64,000 bases of DNA from NCBI GenBank assembly GCA_963785305.1, contig CAWAUV010000009.1, forward strand, positions 160,001-224,000. Direction: 5' to 3'. This DNA comes from an uncultured Planctomycetaceae bacterium (GTDB lineage: Bacteria; Planctomycetota; Planctomycetia; Pirellulales; PALSA-1355). The position numbers were made by a program, and so were the translations under genes. Of the stretch, positions 52,535-63,329 are shown piece by piece. The notes under the pieces are model-generated. The model saw only the letters and a list, made by a program, of their open reading frames with translations, searched no databases and was not told where the DNA came from. The number at the start of each line of letters is the position of its first letter. Position 1 is the first letter of the stretch.

Positions 52535-55500
52535 GCTTCCATCCCACCGCCGGGCTTCAATCCCACCACCACTGGCCTGGGGCGAGTTGTTCGGCATGGA
52601 CTTCCTCGCGAGCCTTGGCGACTTTGCCATTGTCGTCGTGGAGCAGGTTGGCGTCTTCGAGCGCTTTCTTCGGATGCAGCTCCACGCCGCCGCCCACCGG
52701 CGTCATCAAGGTCGCCCCGCGCCACACGCCCGCCACGCAGGTTTCCGTCTCGCGCGGCGTGTTGAGCGTTTCCACCGCGTAGGCCTGCTCATCGCGAAAC
52801 AGATCGGCCGACCAGCCGGCTTTGCCGTAGTAGTCGTGCTTGGCCATGAAAGCCGCCGCGATGGCCAAATCCACGCAATTCCGAAGCTGGGCATACACCG
52901 GAACCACCGACGCCAGTTCCGCATATTTGGCCGTGAAGCCGGTGACGAATAGTTCGCTCGCCTTGTTGCCTTGCTTCGACACGATCCGCGAGCCGTTGGC
53001 CGCCACCACCTCATGCTCGCAGGCCAGCCGCACCCCGTTGCCCACAAGTTGCATGCCCGACTCATCGCCCAGCACCCGCACACATTGGTAGTGCGGCACA
53101 AACCACCACCGCTCCATCGCGTTGCGGCTAATCTGCGAGGGATTGGCCCGGTCGACATAGCAGGCCAGCTTCACCGGAGTGCGCTCCATGCCCAGCCCGA
53201 TCAGCTTCATCCGGTAGTCGGCTTCGATCAGCACCTGGGCAAAGTGGGTCTTGGCCGCGATGCCCTGGACGCGAATATCTTGCATGCCGAGCGCCTCGCG
53301 CATCCCGTTGACAATGTAATCCGCGTCGTCGGGCGTCGCATTCCGACGCGCTTCGGCAATGAACTGATTCATCGCCGCCAGACCCGCCGGACGCGGATCG
53401 ATCGACACCAGCATCACCGGCGCTCCCGGCTTGCCGGGCGGGAAGGCGCAGGGCCACGATCAGGTCTTGCAACTCGAGCGTCGTCCAGCCGCTTTCGATC
53501 CCGCGGGCCCGACCGGCCGGATCGACCGCCCAGGCTTCGGCCGGACCGGCCAGCACGATATCCTTCGTCTCGGGATAATAGAACACATAGTTCAGCCGCG
53601 TGAGCCCGGCCAAGTAGAGCATCTCTTCCGTGGGGCCGAGCTTCTTATCGAGCCGATCCTTCAGCGCCGACTCGAGCCGATTGAGCGACACCTTGCGGAA
53701 CTTGCTCGCCGCCCCAAGTTGCTTGCCAAGCTTCACCCGCGCCGCCATCATCCGCTGACGAACAAGCTGCGGATCGTCTTGAAATACCTCGTTGCGCAGC
53801 ACGCCAGCGGCGTCGACAAGCACACCGTTGGCCCCGCTCGCCCCGCCGGCGCCACCCGCGGCGCCGCCGCCGCCGCCCAGCAGTCCGCCGAGCCCGCCAC
53901 CGCCACCGCCTCCGCGGCCGATGCAACCATGCGACTCGGGCAAGAGCGACTTCGATGGCGCCGTCAGCACTGCCAGGGCGATGAAACCGAAGAAGGCCAG
54001 ATAGCCGAAAAGATCGCGTCGCATGGGCGAACTTTCATCAAGAAGGGCGAATAAGACTCGAAACGCGATTCGGCGCAGTTCCGTGAAACGGGCGTCGTGG
54101 GCGAAGAACGAACGCGGCGGCTGAGCGCCGAGTCGTGGCCCTCGCGGTGTTTCGATTATAATCGGACGCCAGGAGAGCAACAACAATTTCTGGCCACGAC
54201 CCGGCCTAAAACCGGCTCGAAATGGCGAGCGGGCGTCTCGCTTTTTGCTCAATCGGCTCGCGCCGGAAGATCCGGGAAAATCGCTTCCATCCCACCGCCG
54301 GGCTTCAATCCCACCACCACTGGCCTGGGGCGAGTTGTTCGGCATGGACTTCCTCGCGAGCCTTGGCGACTTTGCCATTGTCGTCGTGGAGCAGGTTGGC
54401 GTCTTCGAGCGCTTTCTTCGGATGCAGCTCCACGCCGCCGCCCACCGGCGTCATCAAGGTCGCCCCGCGCCACACGCCCGCCACGCAGGTTTCCGTCTCG
54501 CGCGGCGTGTTGAGCGTTTCCACCGCGTAGGCCTGCTCATCGCGAAACAGATCGGCCGACCAGCCGGCTTTGCCGTAGTAGTCGTGCTTGGCCATGAAAG
54601 CCGCCGCGATGGCCAAATCCACGCAATTCCGAAGCTGGGCATACACCGGAACCACCGACGCCAGTTCCGCATATTTGGCCGTGAAGCCGGTGACGAATAG
54701 TTCGCTCGCCTTGTTGCCTTGCTTCGACACGATCCGCGAGCCGTTGGCCGCCACCACCTCATGCTCGCAGGCCAGCCGCACCCCGTTGCCCACAAGTTGC
54801 ATGCCCGACTCATCGCCCAGCACCCGCACACATTGGTAGTGCGGCACAAACCACCACCGCTCCATCGCGTTGCGGCTAATCTGCGAGGGATTGGCCCGGT
54901 CGACATAGCAGGCCAGCTTCACCGGAGTGCGCTCCATGCCCAGCCCGATCAGCTTCATCCGGTAGTCGGCTTCGATCAGCACCTGGGCAAAGTGGGTCTT
55001 GGCCGCGATGCCCTGGACGCGAATATCTTGCATGCCGAGCGCCTCGCGCATCCCGTTGACAATGTAATCCGCGTCGTCGGGCGTCGCATTCCGACGCGCT
55101 TCGGCAATGAACTGATTCATCGCCGCCAGACCCGCCGGACGCGGATCGATCGACACCAGCATCACCGGCGCTCCCGGCTTGCCGGGCGGGAAGCGCGCAG
55201 GGCCACGATCAGGTCTTGCAACTCGAGCGTCGTCCAGCCGCTTTCGATCCCGCGGGCCCGACCGGCCGGATCGACCGCCCAGGCTTCGGCCGGACCGGCC
55301 AGCACGATATCCTTCGTCTCGGGATAATAGAACACATAGTTCAGCCGCGTGAGCCCGGCCAAGTAGAGCATCTCTTCCGTGGGGCCGAGCTTCTTATCGA
55401 GCCGATCCTTCAGCGCCGACTCGAGCCGATTGAGCGACACCTTGCGGAACTTGCTCGCCGCCCCAAGTTGCTTGCCAAGCTTCACCCGCGCCGCCATCAT

Positions 55501-55588
55501 CCGCTGACGAACAAGCTGCGGATCGTCTTGAAATACCTCGTTGCGCAGCACGCCAGCGGCGTCGACAAGCACACCGTTGGCCCCGCTC
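52535..55588. repeat. Direct duplication of ~1.3 kb (52535-53839 and 54283-55588)
   Basis: Offset 1748-1749 bp; the two 286-aa ORFs are identical; one visible difference at the shared indel site. Confidence 0.9.
52557..54024 (-). CDS. DUF1598 domain secreted protein, copy 1 (Gly-rich N-terminus); indel near 53445
   Basis: GVLVDAAGVL, RKVSLNRLE, YLAGL..L.YVFYYP...DIVLAGPAE, VSIDP, EADYRMKLIGLG, RWWF and GGV motifs. Confidence 0.85.
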
Positions 55589-55698
55589 CCGCCGGCGCAA
55601 CCGCGCGATTCCAAGACGAATGGCGCCGATGGCGCCGTCAGGAGCGACAGCGCGATGAATCCGAAATACGCGACAAGTGAAAGCGATCGCCAAGACAT
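54305..55698 (-). CDS. DUF1598 domain secreted protein, copy 2 (short N-terminus); indel near 55193
   Basis: Same core as copy 1; its own signal peptide MSWRSLSLVAYFGFIALSLL. Confidence 0.85.
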
Positions 55699-55906
55699 GA
55701 CATGATCCAAGAAGTGGCGCGATAATGAAAAAGCCGAATACGCTTCCACCTGCCGCGCATAACGGCAAGGCCGGAATAACGACAGGTGGAAGCGATGGTT
55801 TGCGAATTATGGGGGCAACGACAAACGCGCACTCTTTTGACTCTAATTGCCATCTCGCGGCAGTACAATGCGTGACAATGCGCATTCTAGGCAATATGGC
55901 CAACAA

Positions 55907-55984
55907 GGGCCTATCCGAGAACTTCCGCGTTCTCTCGCCCCATCCTCTCCTAAACGGCGAGAGGGGGAGTTGTCGGACAGGCTC
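55907..55984. mobile_element. MITE family A, copy 3
   Basis: GGGCCTATCCGAGAAC...GTTGTCGGACAGGCTC; same length and orientation as 460-537. Confidence 0.72.
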
Positions 55985-56039
55985 GATACGGGAACCCGCG
56001 GCGGCCAAAGGCGGCGATTTCGACGCCGATTACCGCGTT

Positions 56040-59000
56040 TTATCGCCCAGCAAAGGCTTTGGCCGGCCGGCTCTTGGGCGCGGCCGACTTCGGCGGAGCG
56101 CTCAGCAGGCGCACATTGCCGCTGCCCACGAGCGCCTCGACCCGGGAACGCAGCTCCGCCGATATCTCGACCCGCGGCTGGTCCAGCTTGAATAGCACCC
56201 TGGCGCCGTCGGCGAGCAACACCTGGAACTGCACTTCGCAGGAGCCGGGATAACCGCGCAAAATTTCGCGCAGGCGAAGCACATCGTCGCGCACGTGCTC
56301 ACTCTCGCTGAGCCGAATGAAGATTCCGCGGGTGAATCGGCTGGCGGCTTCTTCCAAGGGGATCAGTTCGTTGACGATAAAGTTCGTCTCCTCGCTGCCC
56401 GGCCGGCGATCGACCACGCCGCGGGCCAGCACCACCGCGTCGGCCTTCACCAAGTGGCCATGGTTGGCGAACTCCTCGGGCCAGAGAATGCACCGCATCA
56501 GTCCTGCCATGTCTTCGAGGTCGAACATGGCATATTTGGTATGCGTGGCGTCGGGGCGGGGGCGTTTGGTTTGCGAGAACTTGATCGCGGCCAGCATGCC
56601 GCCGAGCGTGACTTCCGAGCGATGCGGCAGCTTGGCGAGCGCTGCCGAATCATGCGAACAGTAGGTCTTGAGCGCCGCTTCGAACTCCGCCAGCGGATGG
56701 CTCGACAGATAAAAACCGAGCACCTCCTTTTCGCCGCCCAGAAGTTGCCGCTGATCCCATTCCGGTATATTGGGCAGGCTGACTTGCTGGGCAGCGCTCG
56801 AACCATCTTCTTCCTCGGCGTCGAACAGGCCCTTTTGACCGCTGCGCCGGTCGGCATGCACCGCCGCGCCGGATTGCATCGCCCGTTCGACCACGGCGGC
56901 TAGCTGCGATCGCTTCACTTTGAGGGAATCGAAGGCGCCGGCCTTGATCAGGGTGTCGATCGTGGCCCGGCTCACGCTGGCGGAATCGACGCGTTCGCAA
57001 AAGTCGAACAGCGAGCGAAACGGCCCACCCGACGCGCGAGCCGCCGCGACGCGCACCGCGGCCGACTCGCCGCAGCCCTTGATCGCGCAGAGTCCGATTT
57101 GAATCTTGCCCTCGAACACGGTGAAGTCGCCCTCGGCCCGATTCACATCGGGCGGGAGCACTTCGACATTCATGCGGCGACAATCGTCGAGATGCTCGAC
57201 CAGTGAATCTTTCTTCTTGAAGTTGCGCGCGTCGATGTCGCCCGAAAGCAGGGCCGCCATGAACTCGACCGGATAATGGGCCTTGAGGTAGGCCGTCATA
57301 TAGGCGATCAGGGCGTAGGCGGTCGAGTGGCTTTTGTTGAAGCCATAGCCGGCGAACTTTTCGATCATTTCGAAGAGCTCGACCGCCTCGGCGCGAGGCA
57401 GGCCCTTGTCGGTGGCGCCGGCAATGAATTCTTCCTTGAATTTGGCGATCGTTTCGAGCTTCTTCTTGCTGATCGCCTTGATGCAGGTATAGGCGCTCGA
57501 GAGTTCGATGCCGCCCAGGCGATTCAAGATTCGCATCACCTGTTCCTGGTAGACCATCACCCCGTGGGTCTCTTCCAGGACTTCTTTCATCACCGGATGC
57601 GGATACTTCGCCGGCTTGCGGCCATGTTTGACTTGCACATAGTCCTCGACCATGCCGCCCTCGAGCGGACCGGGTCGATAGAGCGCGTTGGTGGCGATGA
57701 TATCGCGAAAATGGTCGGGCTTCATCTTTTGGAGCAGGTCGCGAATGCCGCCGCTCTCGAGCTGGAAAATGCCCTTGGTTTCGCCGCGACAGAGCAGCGC
57801 GAACGTGGCTTTGTCGTCCATCGGAAACTTGTGTGGATCCAGCCGCTGGCCGGTGGTTTGCTCGATGAGATCGACCGCCTTGGCGAGAATCGTGAGATTC
57901 CGCAGGCCGAGAAAGTCCATCTTCAATAGGCCGGCCGCTTCGACATCGGCCATCGCCCACTGGGTGATGACTTCCTCTTTGTTCGCCACCCTCCCGAGCG
58001 GCACATATTCGTCGAGCGGCCGATCGGCGATCACCACCGCCGCGGCATGGGTGCCGACATTGCGGGCAAGGCCCTCGATCTTCATCGCCAGATCGACGAC
58101 TTCGCGCACCTGCGGATCGTTTTCATAGAGCCGCTTCATATCGGCGCTGGTGGCGAGCGACTTCTCGAGCGAGATGTTCAGTTCGCCCGGCACCGTGGCC
58201 ACGATCGCATCGACTTGCGAGATCGGCAGCCCGAGCGCACGACCGACGTCGCGGATCGCGGCCCTCGCGGCGAGCGTGCCGAAGGTGCCGATCTGGGCGA
58301 CATTGGCTTCGCCGTATTTCGCCTTGACATAGTTGATGATCTCGCCGCGGCGATCCTTGCAAAAGTCGATATCGATATCGGGCGCCTCGCGCCGGTTCTC
58401 ATCGAGAAACCGCTCGAAGAGCAGGTCGTATTGCAGCGGGCACACATGGCTTAAATACAGCGCATAACAGACCAGCGAGCCGACGCCCGAGCCGCGCACC
58501 GTGGCCGGAATACCTCGATCGCGCGCCTCGCGCACGAAGTCCCACACAATCAGAAAATAGTTCGGGAAACCGAGCTTCTCGATCACGGTCAGCTCGCGCT
58601 CGAGCCGCTCGAGCACCGCCGCGCTTAGTTCGCCGTCGGGCATGCGTTCGGCGTCGCCGGCATAGCGCTCGCGCAGGCCGGCCAAGCACAGCTCGCGGAG
58701 ATAATCGCGAGCCGTTTTTTCAGGCGGAAGTTGATACGTGGGAAAATGCCGCTTGCCGAGTTCGAGCTCGATGTTCACCGAGTCGGCGATCTTTTGGCTT
58801 TGGGCCAACGCCTCCTCGAAGCCGGGAAACGCCGCGTGCATCTCGGCCGGGCCGCGGAGATAGAATTGATCGCCCTCCATGCGCATCCGCTGCTTATCGG
58901 CCCGAAACTTGCCGGTGTTGATGCACAGGAGCACATCTTGCGCTTCGGCGTCGGTCTGGCGCACATAATGGGCATCGCTCGTGCATACCAGCGGCACTCC

Positions 59001-59612
59001 CACTTGGCGAGCCACCTCCACGGCGCCTTCCATGGCCAGACGCTGGATTTCGAGGCCGTTGTTCTGAATCTCGATGAAATACCGCTCGCCGAAGGTTTTT
59101 TGAAACCAGCCGGCCACCTCGCGCGCCTGCCGCCAGCCTTCCTCGGGCGAGGCGCCGGCGAGCAGCGCCCGGCTGAACTCGCCCGACACGCAGCCGCTGA
59201 GGCAAACGATCCCCTCGTTGTGGGCGGCGAGCAATTCCTTGTCGATGCGCGGTTTGAAGTAAAAACCTTCGAGAAAGGCCGACGAGGCCATTTTCACCAG
59301 GTTTTTGAAACCGGTGCGATTCGTCGCCAGGAGCGTGAGATGAAACGTGGCGTCTTTCATCACGCCGCTGTCCTTGCGAAAGCGGCTTCCGGGCGCGATA
59401 TACGCTTCGTAGCCGAGAATCGGATTGATTCCGGCGGCCTTGGCTTTTTTGTAGAATTCGAGCGCACCATAGAGATTGCCGTGGTCGGTGAGCGCGAGAG
59501 CGTTCATGCCGAGCGTTTTCGCCCGGTCCACCAAGTCTTCGATCGGGCTCGCGCCGTCGAGTAGGCTGTAGTGGCTATGGCAATGCAAATGCACAAACGG
59601 CGGAACGCTCAT
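56040..59612 (-). CDS. dnaE: DNA polymerase III alpha subunit
   Basis: FVHLHCHSHYSLLDG PHP domain; PDIDIDF, GLLKMDFLGL and FAGYGFNKSH motifs; intact. Confidence 0.97.
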   Translation of the reverse strand: MSVPPFVHLHCHSHYSLLDGASPIEDLVDRAKTLGMNALALTDHGNLYGALEFYKKAKAAGINPILGYEAYIAPGSRFRKDSGVMKDATFHLTLLATNRTGFKNLVKMASSAFLEGFYFKPRIDKELLAAHNEGIVCLSGCVSGEFSRALLAGASPEEGWRQAREVAGWFQKTFGERYFIEIQNNGLEIQRLAMEGAVEVARQVGVPLVCTSDAHYVRQTDAEAQDVLLCINTGKFRADKQRMRMEGDQFYLRGPAEMHAAFPGFEEALAQSQKIADSVNIELELGKRHFPTYQLPPEKTARDYLRELCLAGLRERYAGDAERMPDGELSAAVLERLERELTVIEKLGFPNYFLIVWDFVREARDRGIPATVRGSGVGSLVCYALYLSHVCPLQYDLLFERFLDENRREAPDIDIDFCKDRRGEIINYVKAKYGEANVAQIGTFGTLAARAAIRDVGRALGLPISQVDAIVATVPGELNISLEKSLATSADMKRLYENDPQVREVVDLAMKIEGLARNVGTHAAAVVIADRPLDEYVPLGRVANKEEVITQWAMADVEAAGLLKMDFLGLRNLTILAKAVDLIEQTTGQRLDPHKFPMDDKATFALLCRGETKGIFQLESGGIRDLLQKMKPDHFRDIIATNALYRPGPLEGGMVEDYVQVKHGRKPAKYPHPVMKEVLEETHGVMVYQEQVMRILNRLGGIELSSAYTCIKAISKKKLETIAKFKEEFIAGATDKGLPRAEAVELFEMIEKFAGYGFNKSHSTAYALIAYMTAYLKAHYPVEFMAALLSGDIDARNFKKKDSLVEHLDDCRRMNVEVLPPDVNRAEGDFTVFEGKIQIGLCAIKGCGESAAVRVAAARASGGPFRSLFDFCERVDSASVSRATIDTLIKAGAFDSLKVKRSQLAAVVERAMQSGAAVHADRRSGQKGLFDAEEEDGSSAAQQVSLPNIPEWDQRQLLGGEKEVLGFYLSSHPLAEFEAALKTYCSHDSAALAKLPHRSEVTLGGMLAAIKFSQTKRPRPDATHTKYAMFDLEDMAGLMRCILWPEEFANHGHLVKADAVVLARGVVDRRPGSEETNFIVNELIPLEEAASRFTRGIFIRLSESEHVRDDVLRLREILRGYPGSCEVQFQVLLADGARVLFKLDQPRVEISAELRSRVEALVGSGNVRLLSAPPKSAAPKSRPAKAFAGR

Positions 59613-59884
59613 GGGACTCCTTCCGAGACAGGCGGTTTGACTCGCGGGACGACCGCGAAAGACGCATTCTAACCGTTTGGAACAACGCGACCAAACGGCC
59701 CCGCCCGAGGCGCGGTGTTTCGCGGCGGAATCCCGCGAGAAACCCGCGTTGTGTGCGGATTGCCGCATTCGATCCCAATTGCGGCTTATCCCCTTCCTCT
59801 GACTTTCCGAATTCGGCAATAAAGAGGGTCGCGTAAAGGTTACATCTTCGTCATGGTATCGCGGCTTGTTAGGATATCGCGGGC

Positions 59885-60531
59885 ATGCACGAGTCTGCCG
59901 TCGAATTCGTTCTCTTCGTCGTGGGCGGCATCGCCGACACGATGGGGCCGCTGAATCAAATGATCGCGGCCAGCCCGCTGCGCACCCATCGCTTTGCCCA
60001 TGGGTCGACCTTCATGCAGTTTCTCGCCGCGGACTACGATCCGAACTCCGACGCGTGCGTGCTGCTGGACCACAATGTCGACGATATTTCGAGTGTCGAA
60101 TTGATCGGCGCTTTGGGCAACACCCGTCCACTGCTGCCGGTGATCGTGGTAGCGCGAGGCCAATGTCGGCAGCGCGGTTCGGGTGATGCAGGCCGGCGCC
60201 GACGATTTTTTCGAATGGCCGGTCGATCCCTTCGCGCTCCAGTCGGCGATTCGCTCGGCGGTCGATCGTAGCCGACGGTGTCGGGAAGTGGCGACCCGGC
60301 GCACGAACGTGATCGCGCTGGAAACGATTGAGCAAAGGCGAAAAATCGGTCGCGCGCATGGTGTGCGAGGGCAAGCTCAGCCGCGAGATCGAGACCGCGC
60401 TCGGGCTGGGGCGAAGAACCATCGAAAATCGCAGGGCCAGCGTCATGGCCAAGATGGGCGTGTTAAATGTCGCCCAGCTTGTGCGACGCATCCACGAAGT
60501 CGGTCCGTACTTGCCGCTCGACGACGAATGA
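59885..60531 (+). CDS. FixJ/LuxR-type response regulator (degenerate receiver plus HTH); two indels
   Basis: ACVLLD, LPVIVV and MQAGADDFFEWP in successive frames; HTH REI...LGLGRRTIENRRASVMAKMGV. Confidence 0.7.
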
Positions 60532-60913
60532 CCGGCTTGGGGCGACGCCCGGCGGGCGATTCCCGGCGGGATTTCGATTGACAAAGCTTTTCTTCGCCCT
60601 CGCGGCCGAGTATTCTAAAGGCGATCCTCCGAACCGTCGGTCGCCGCAGTGTCTCGCGGCCGGCGATTCAAGGGTGATTCCGCGTCGGACGGGGCCCGCG
60701 ATTTTTGGGGCCTCGGAATATCCTCGCGATCGTGCATTCCTTCTGTTGGTCGTTGCACCGGCTCCTTGCCTTTGATTTCCTGGCTGATGTTTGCTCGCCG
60801 CCGCGCGCTTCTCCGGCTCGCGACGCGATTTTGCGCACGGCTCGGCATTGCCGCGCGCCATGAAGCTCGCTGCCCCCCGCCCCAAAAAGTTCCGGTTGTC
60901 AGGTAATACGACC

Positions 60914-63297
60914 ATGCCGAACGCAAGCGCGAACTCTCGCGGAGCCCAGTTCCCTTTCGCGCCGAGGGCAACGCTCCTGGCCGCCCTCTTGTTTGCTTTC
61001 GCGCTCGCCCTGCTCGACACCGTTTCCAATCGCCCAGCCGCCGCCGCCGAGCCCGCGTTTAAAACCGGCTCGTGGCCGCTCTTGCCGCTCGCGCGGCCCG
61101 CCGTGCCGACGCCACGGCCGACCGCGGGCCTCGCGAATGGTTCTTTTGCGATCTCGCCCGATCGCGCGGCCGCGACCGCGCCGAGACGAGTTGGACCGGC
61201 AACCCGATCGACGCGTTCGTGCTCGACCTGCTCCAGCGAAAAGGTCTGCGGCTTAATGCGCCGGCGGATAAGCAAACCTTGCTGCGGCGGGTGACCTTCG
61301 ACCTCGTGGGCCTGCCGCCAACGCCCGCCGAACAAGCGGCGTTTCTCGGCGACATGACCAGCAACGCGTATCGCGCCGTGGTCGACCGCTTGCTCGCTTC
61401 GCCGCGCTATGGCGAACGCTGGTCGCAACATTGGCTCGACTTGGTGCGCTACGCCGAAACCGCCGGCTACAAGAAAGACGACATCCGGCCCAACGCTTAC
61501 AAATATCGCGATTATGTGATCAACGCTTTCAACGACGACCTGCCCTACGACGAATTCCTCGCCCAGCAATTGGCGGGCGACGAACTCGAGCCCGACAATC
61601 CCGCCGCGCTCGTCGCCACCGGTCTGAATCGCCTATATCCCGAGGAGACCAACGCCTCGAATTTCGTGCAGGCCCGGCAGACGATTCTCGACGACATGAC
61701 CGAAGTGACCGGCCTCGCATTCATGGGGCTCACGATCGGTTGCGCCCGTTGCCACGATCACAAGTTCGACCCGATCTTGCAAACCGATTTTTACCGGCTG
61801 CAAGCGTTCTTTTCGCCGATTCTCCCAAACGACGATGTCGCCGCGGCGCCCCGCTCGAGCTCAAGCAGTATGAAACTCGGCTCGACCGATGGGAGGCCGC
61901 CACGGCCGATATTCGCCAAGAGCTCGACAAACTGCTCGACCCCGAACGAAAGGAGGCGGTCGAGGCGGCAGTCGAGGCCTGCGATCCGGCCACGCAGCTT
62001 GCGGTGGAGACTCCGCCGGAAAAACGAACGTCGCTCCAAATGCAATTGGCCGAGCTTGCCGATGTGATCGTGCAGCGGAAGCTCCGCCGCATTGAAGACG
62101 AACTCGACGCCGACCAAAAGCGCCGCTATGGCGAGCTCACCGCCCGACTGGCGACGTTCGACTCGCTACGACCCGCCGAGCCGCCCATGGCGATGGCCGT
62201 GACCGACACCGGGCTCCAGCCTCCGCCGACCTATTGTCTGGCCGCCGGCGATTATTCCAAGCCGATGGAGGAAGTGCGGCCCGGCTTTCCCGAGTGCCTC
62301 GACGCCAGCGAGCCGCGGATCGAAACTCCCGCGGCGGCCCCGCATTCGACCGGTCGCCGCTCGGCGCTCGCGGCGCTGGCTCAGCCGGCCCGATCATCCG
62401 CTCACGGCCCGGGTGATGATGAATCGAGTTTGGGGCCGGCATTTTGGCGCCGGGATCGTGGCCACGGAAAATGATTTCGGCGCCATGGGCGCCGCGCCCT
62501 CGCACGAGAAGCTACTCGACTGGCTGGCGGCCGAGTTCGTTTCGCGGGGTTGGAAGTTGAAGGCGATGCAGAGACTGATCGTCACTTCAAGCGTCTATTG
62601 CCAATCCTCGGCGATCGACTTGCGAAACCCGGCCAATGCCGAGGCGCTGGCGGCCGATCCCGAAGACAAATTGCTGTGGCATTTTCCCCGCCATCGGCTC
62701 GATGGCGAGGCGATTCGCGATGCCGCGCTCGCGATTGCCGGGCAGTTGAACTTGCGCATGTTTGGCCCAAGCGCCAAGCCGGTATTGCCCGAAGCGCTGC
62801 GTGGCAGCCGCTATGCCTGGGAACCCGACTCGGCGCCCGAGGATCGCAACCGGCGCTCGATCTATGTATTTGCGCGGCGCAACATCCGCGATCCGCTGCT
62901 GGCGGCGTTTGACCCGGCCGATCTACACAACAGTTGCTCCCGCCGCACATCGACCACCACGGCCCCGCAAGCGCTCACGCTGCTCAACGGCGAATTGCTC
63001 CTCGAGCAAGCCCGGCGCTGGAGCGGGGAACTTCTGAGCCAATTTCCCACGGCCGACGCCGCGCTGGTCGAAGCGGCCTATCGGGCCGCGTATGCTCGGT
63101 CCGCCTCGGACGATGAAATCACCGCGGCGCAAGCATTCCTCGGCGAACAAGCCTCCCGCATCGCCGCCGCGGGCGCCATGGCGCCGCGACTTTTGCCCGA
63201 CCCGGCCCCGGCCTGTCTCGCCCCCGCCGACGCGGCGGCGGTGGTCGACATGTGCCACGCGATTTTGAATTCCTCGGAGTTTTTATTCGTCGACTGA
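60914..63297 (+). CDS. DUF1549/DUF1553 (planctomycete PSCyt2/PSD1) protein; ~3 indels
   Basis: NPIDAFV, LLRRVTFDLVGLPP, SPRYGERW..HWLD..RYA, CARCHDHKFDP, NRVW..HFG.G, RRSIY, TTAPQAL and NSSEFLFVD motifs. Confidence 0.9.
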
Positions 63298-63329
63298 TGG
63301 TGGCCCGTTGCCGGAAGACGAGGATATAT

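Noticed and set aside
739..59564. Numerous long antisense or alternate-frame ORFs (e.g. 2635..3864, 9337..10599, 17088..18419, 50242..51423, 56650..57960)
   Set aside because: Shadow ORFs expected from high-GC codon bias opposite or within genes that have clear family motifs.
56040..59612. Intein or other insertion in dnaE
   Set aside because: Length (~1190 aa) and motif spacing are normal; no splice-junction or LAGLIDADG motifs seen.
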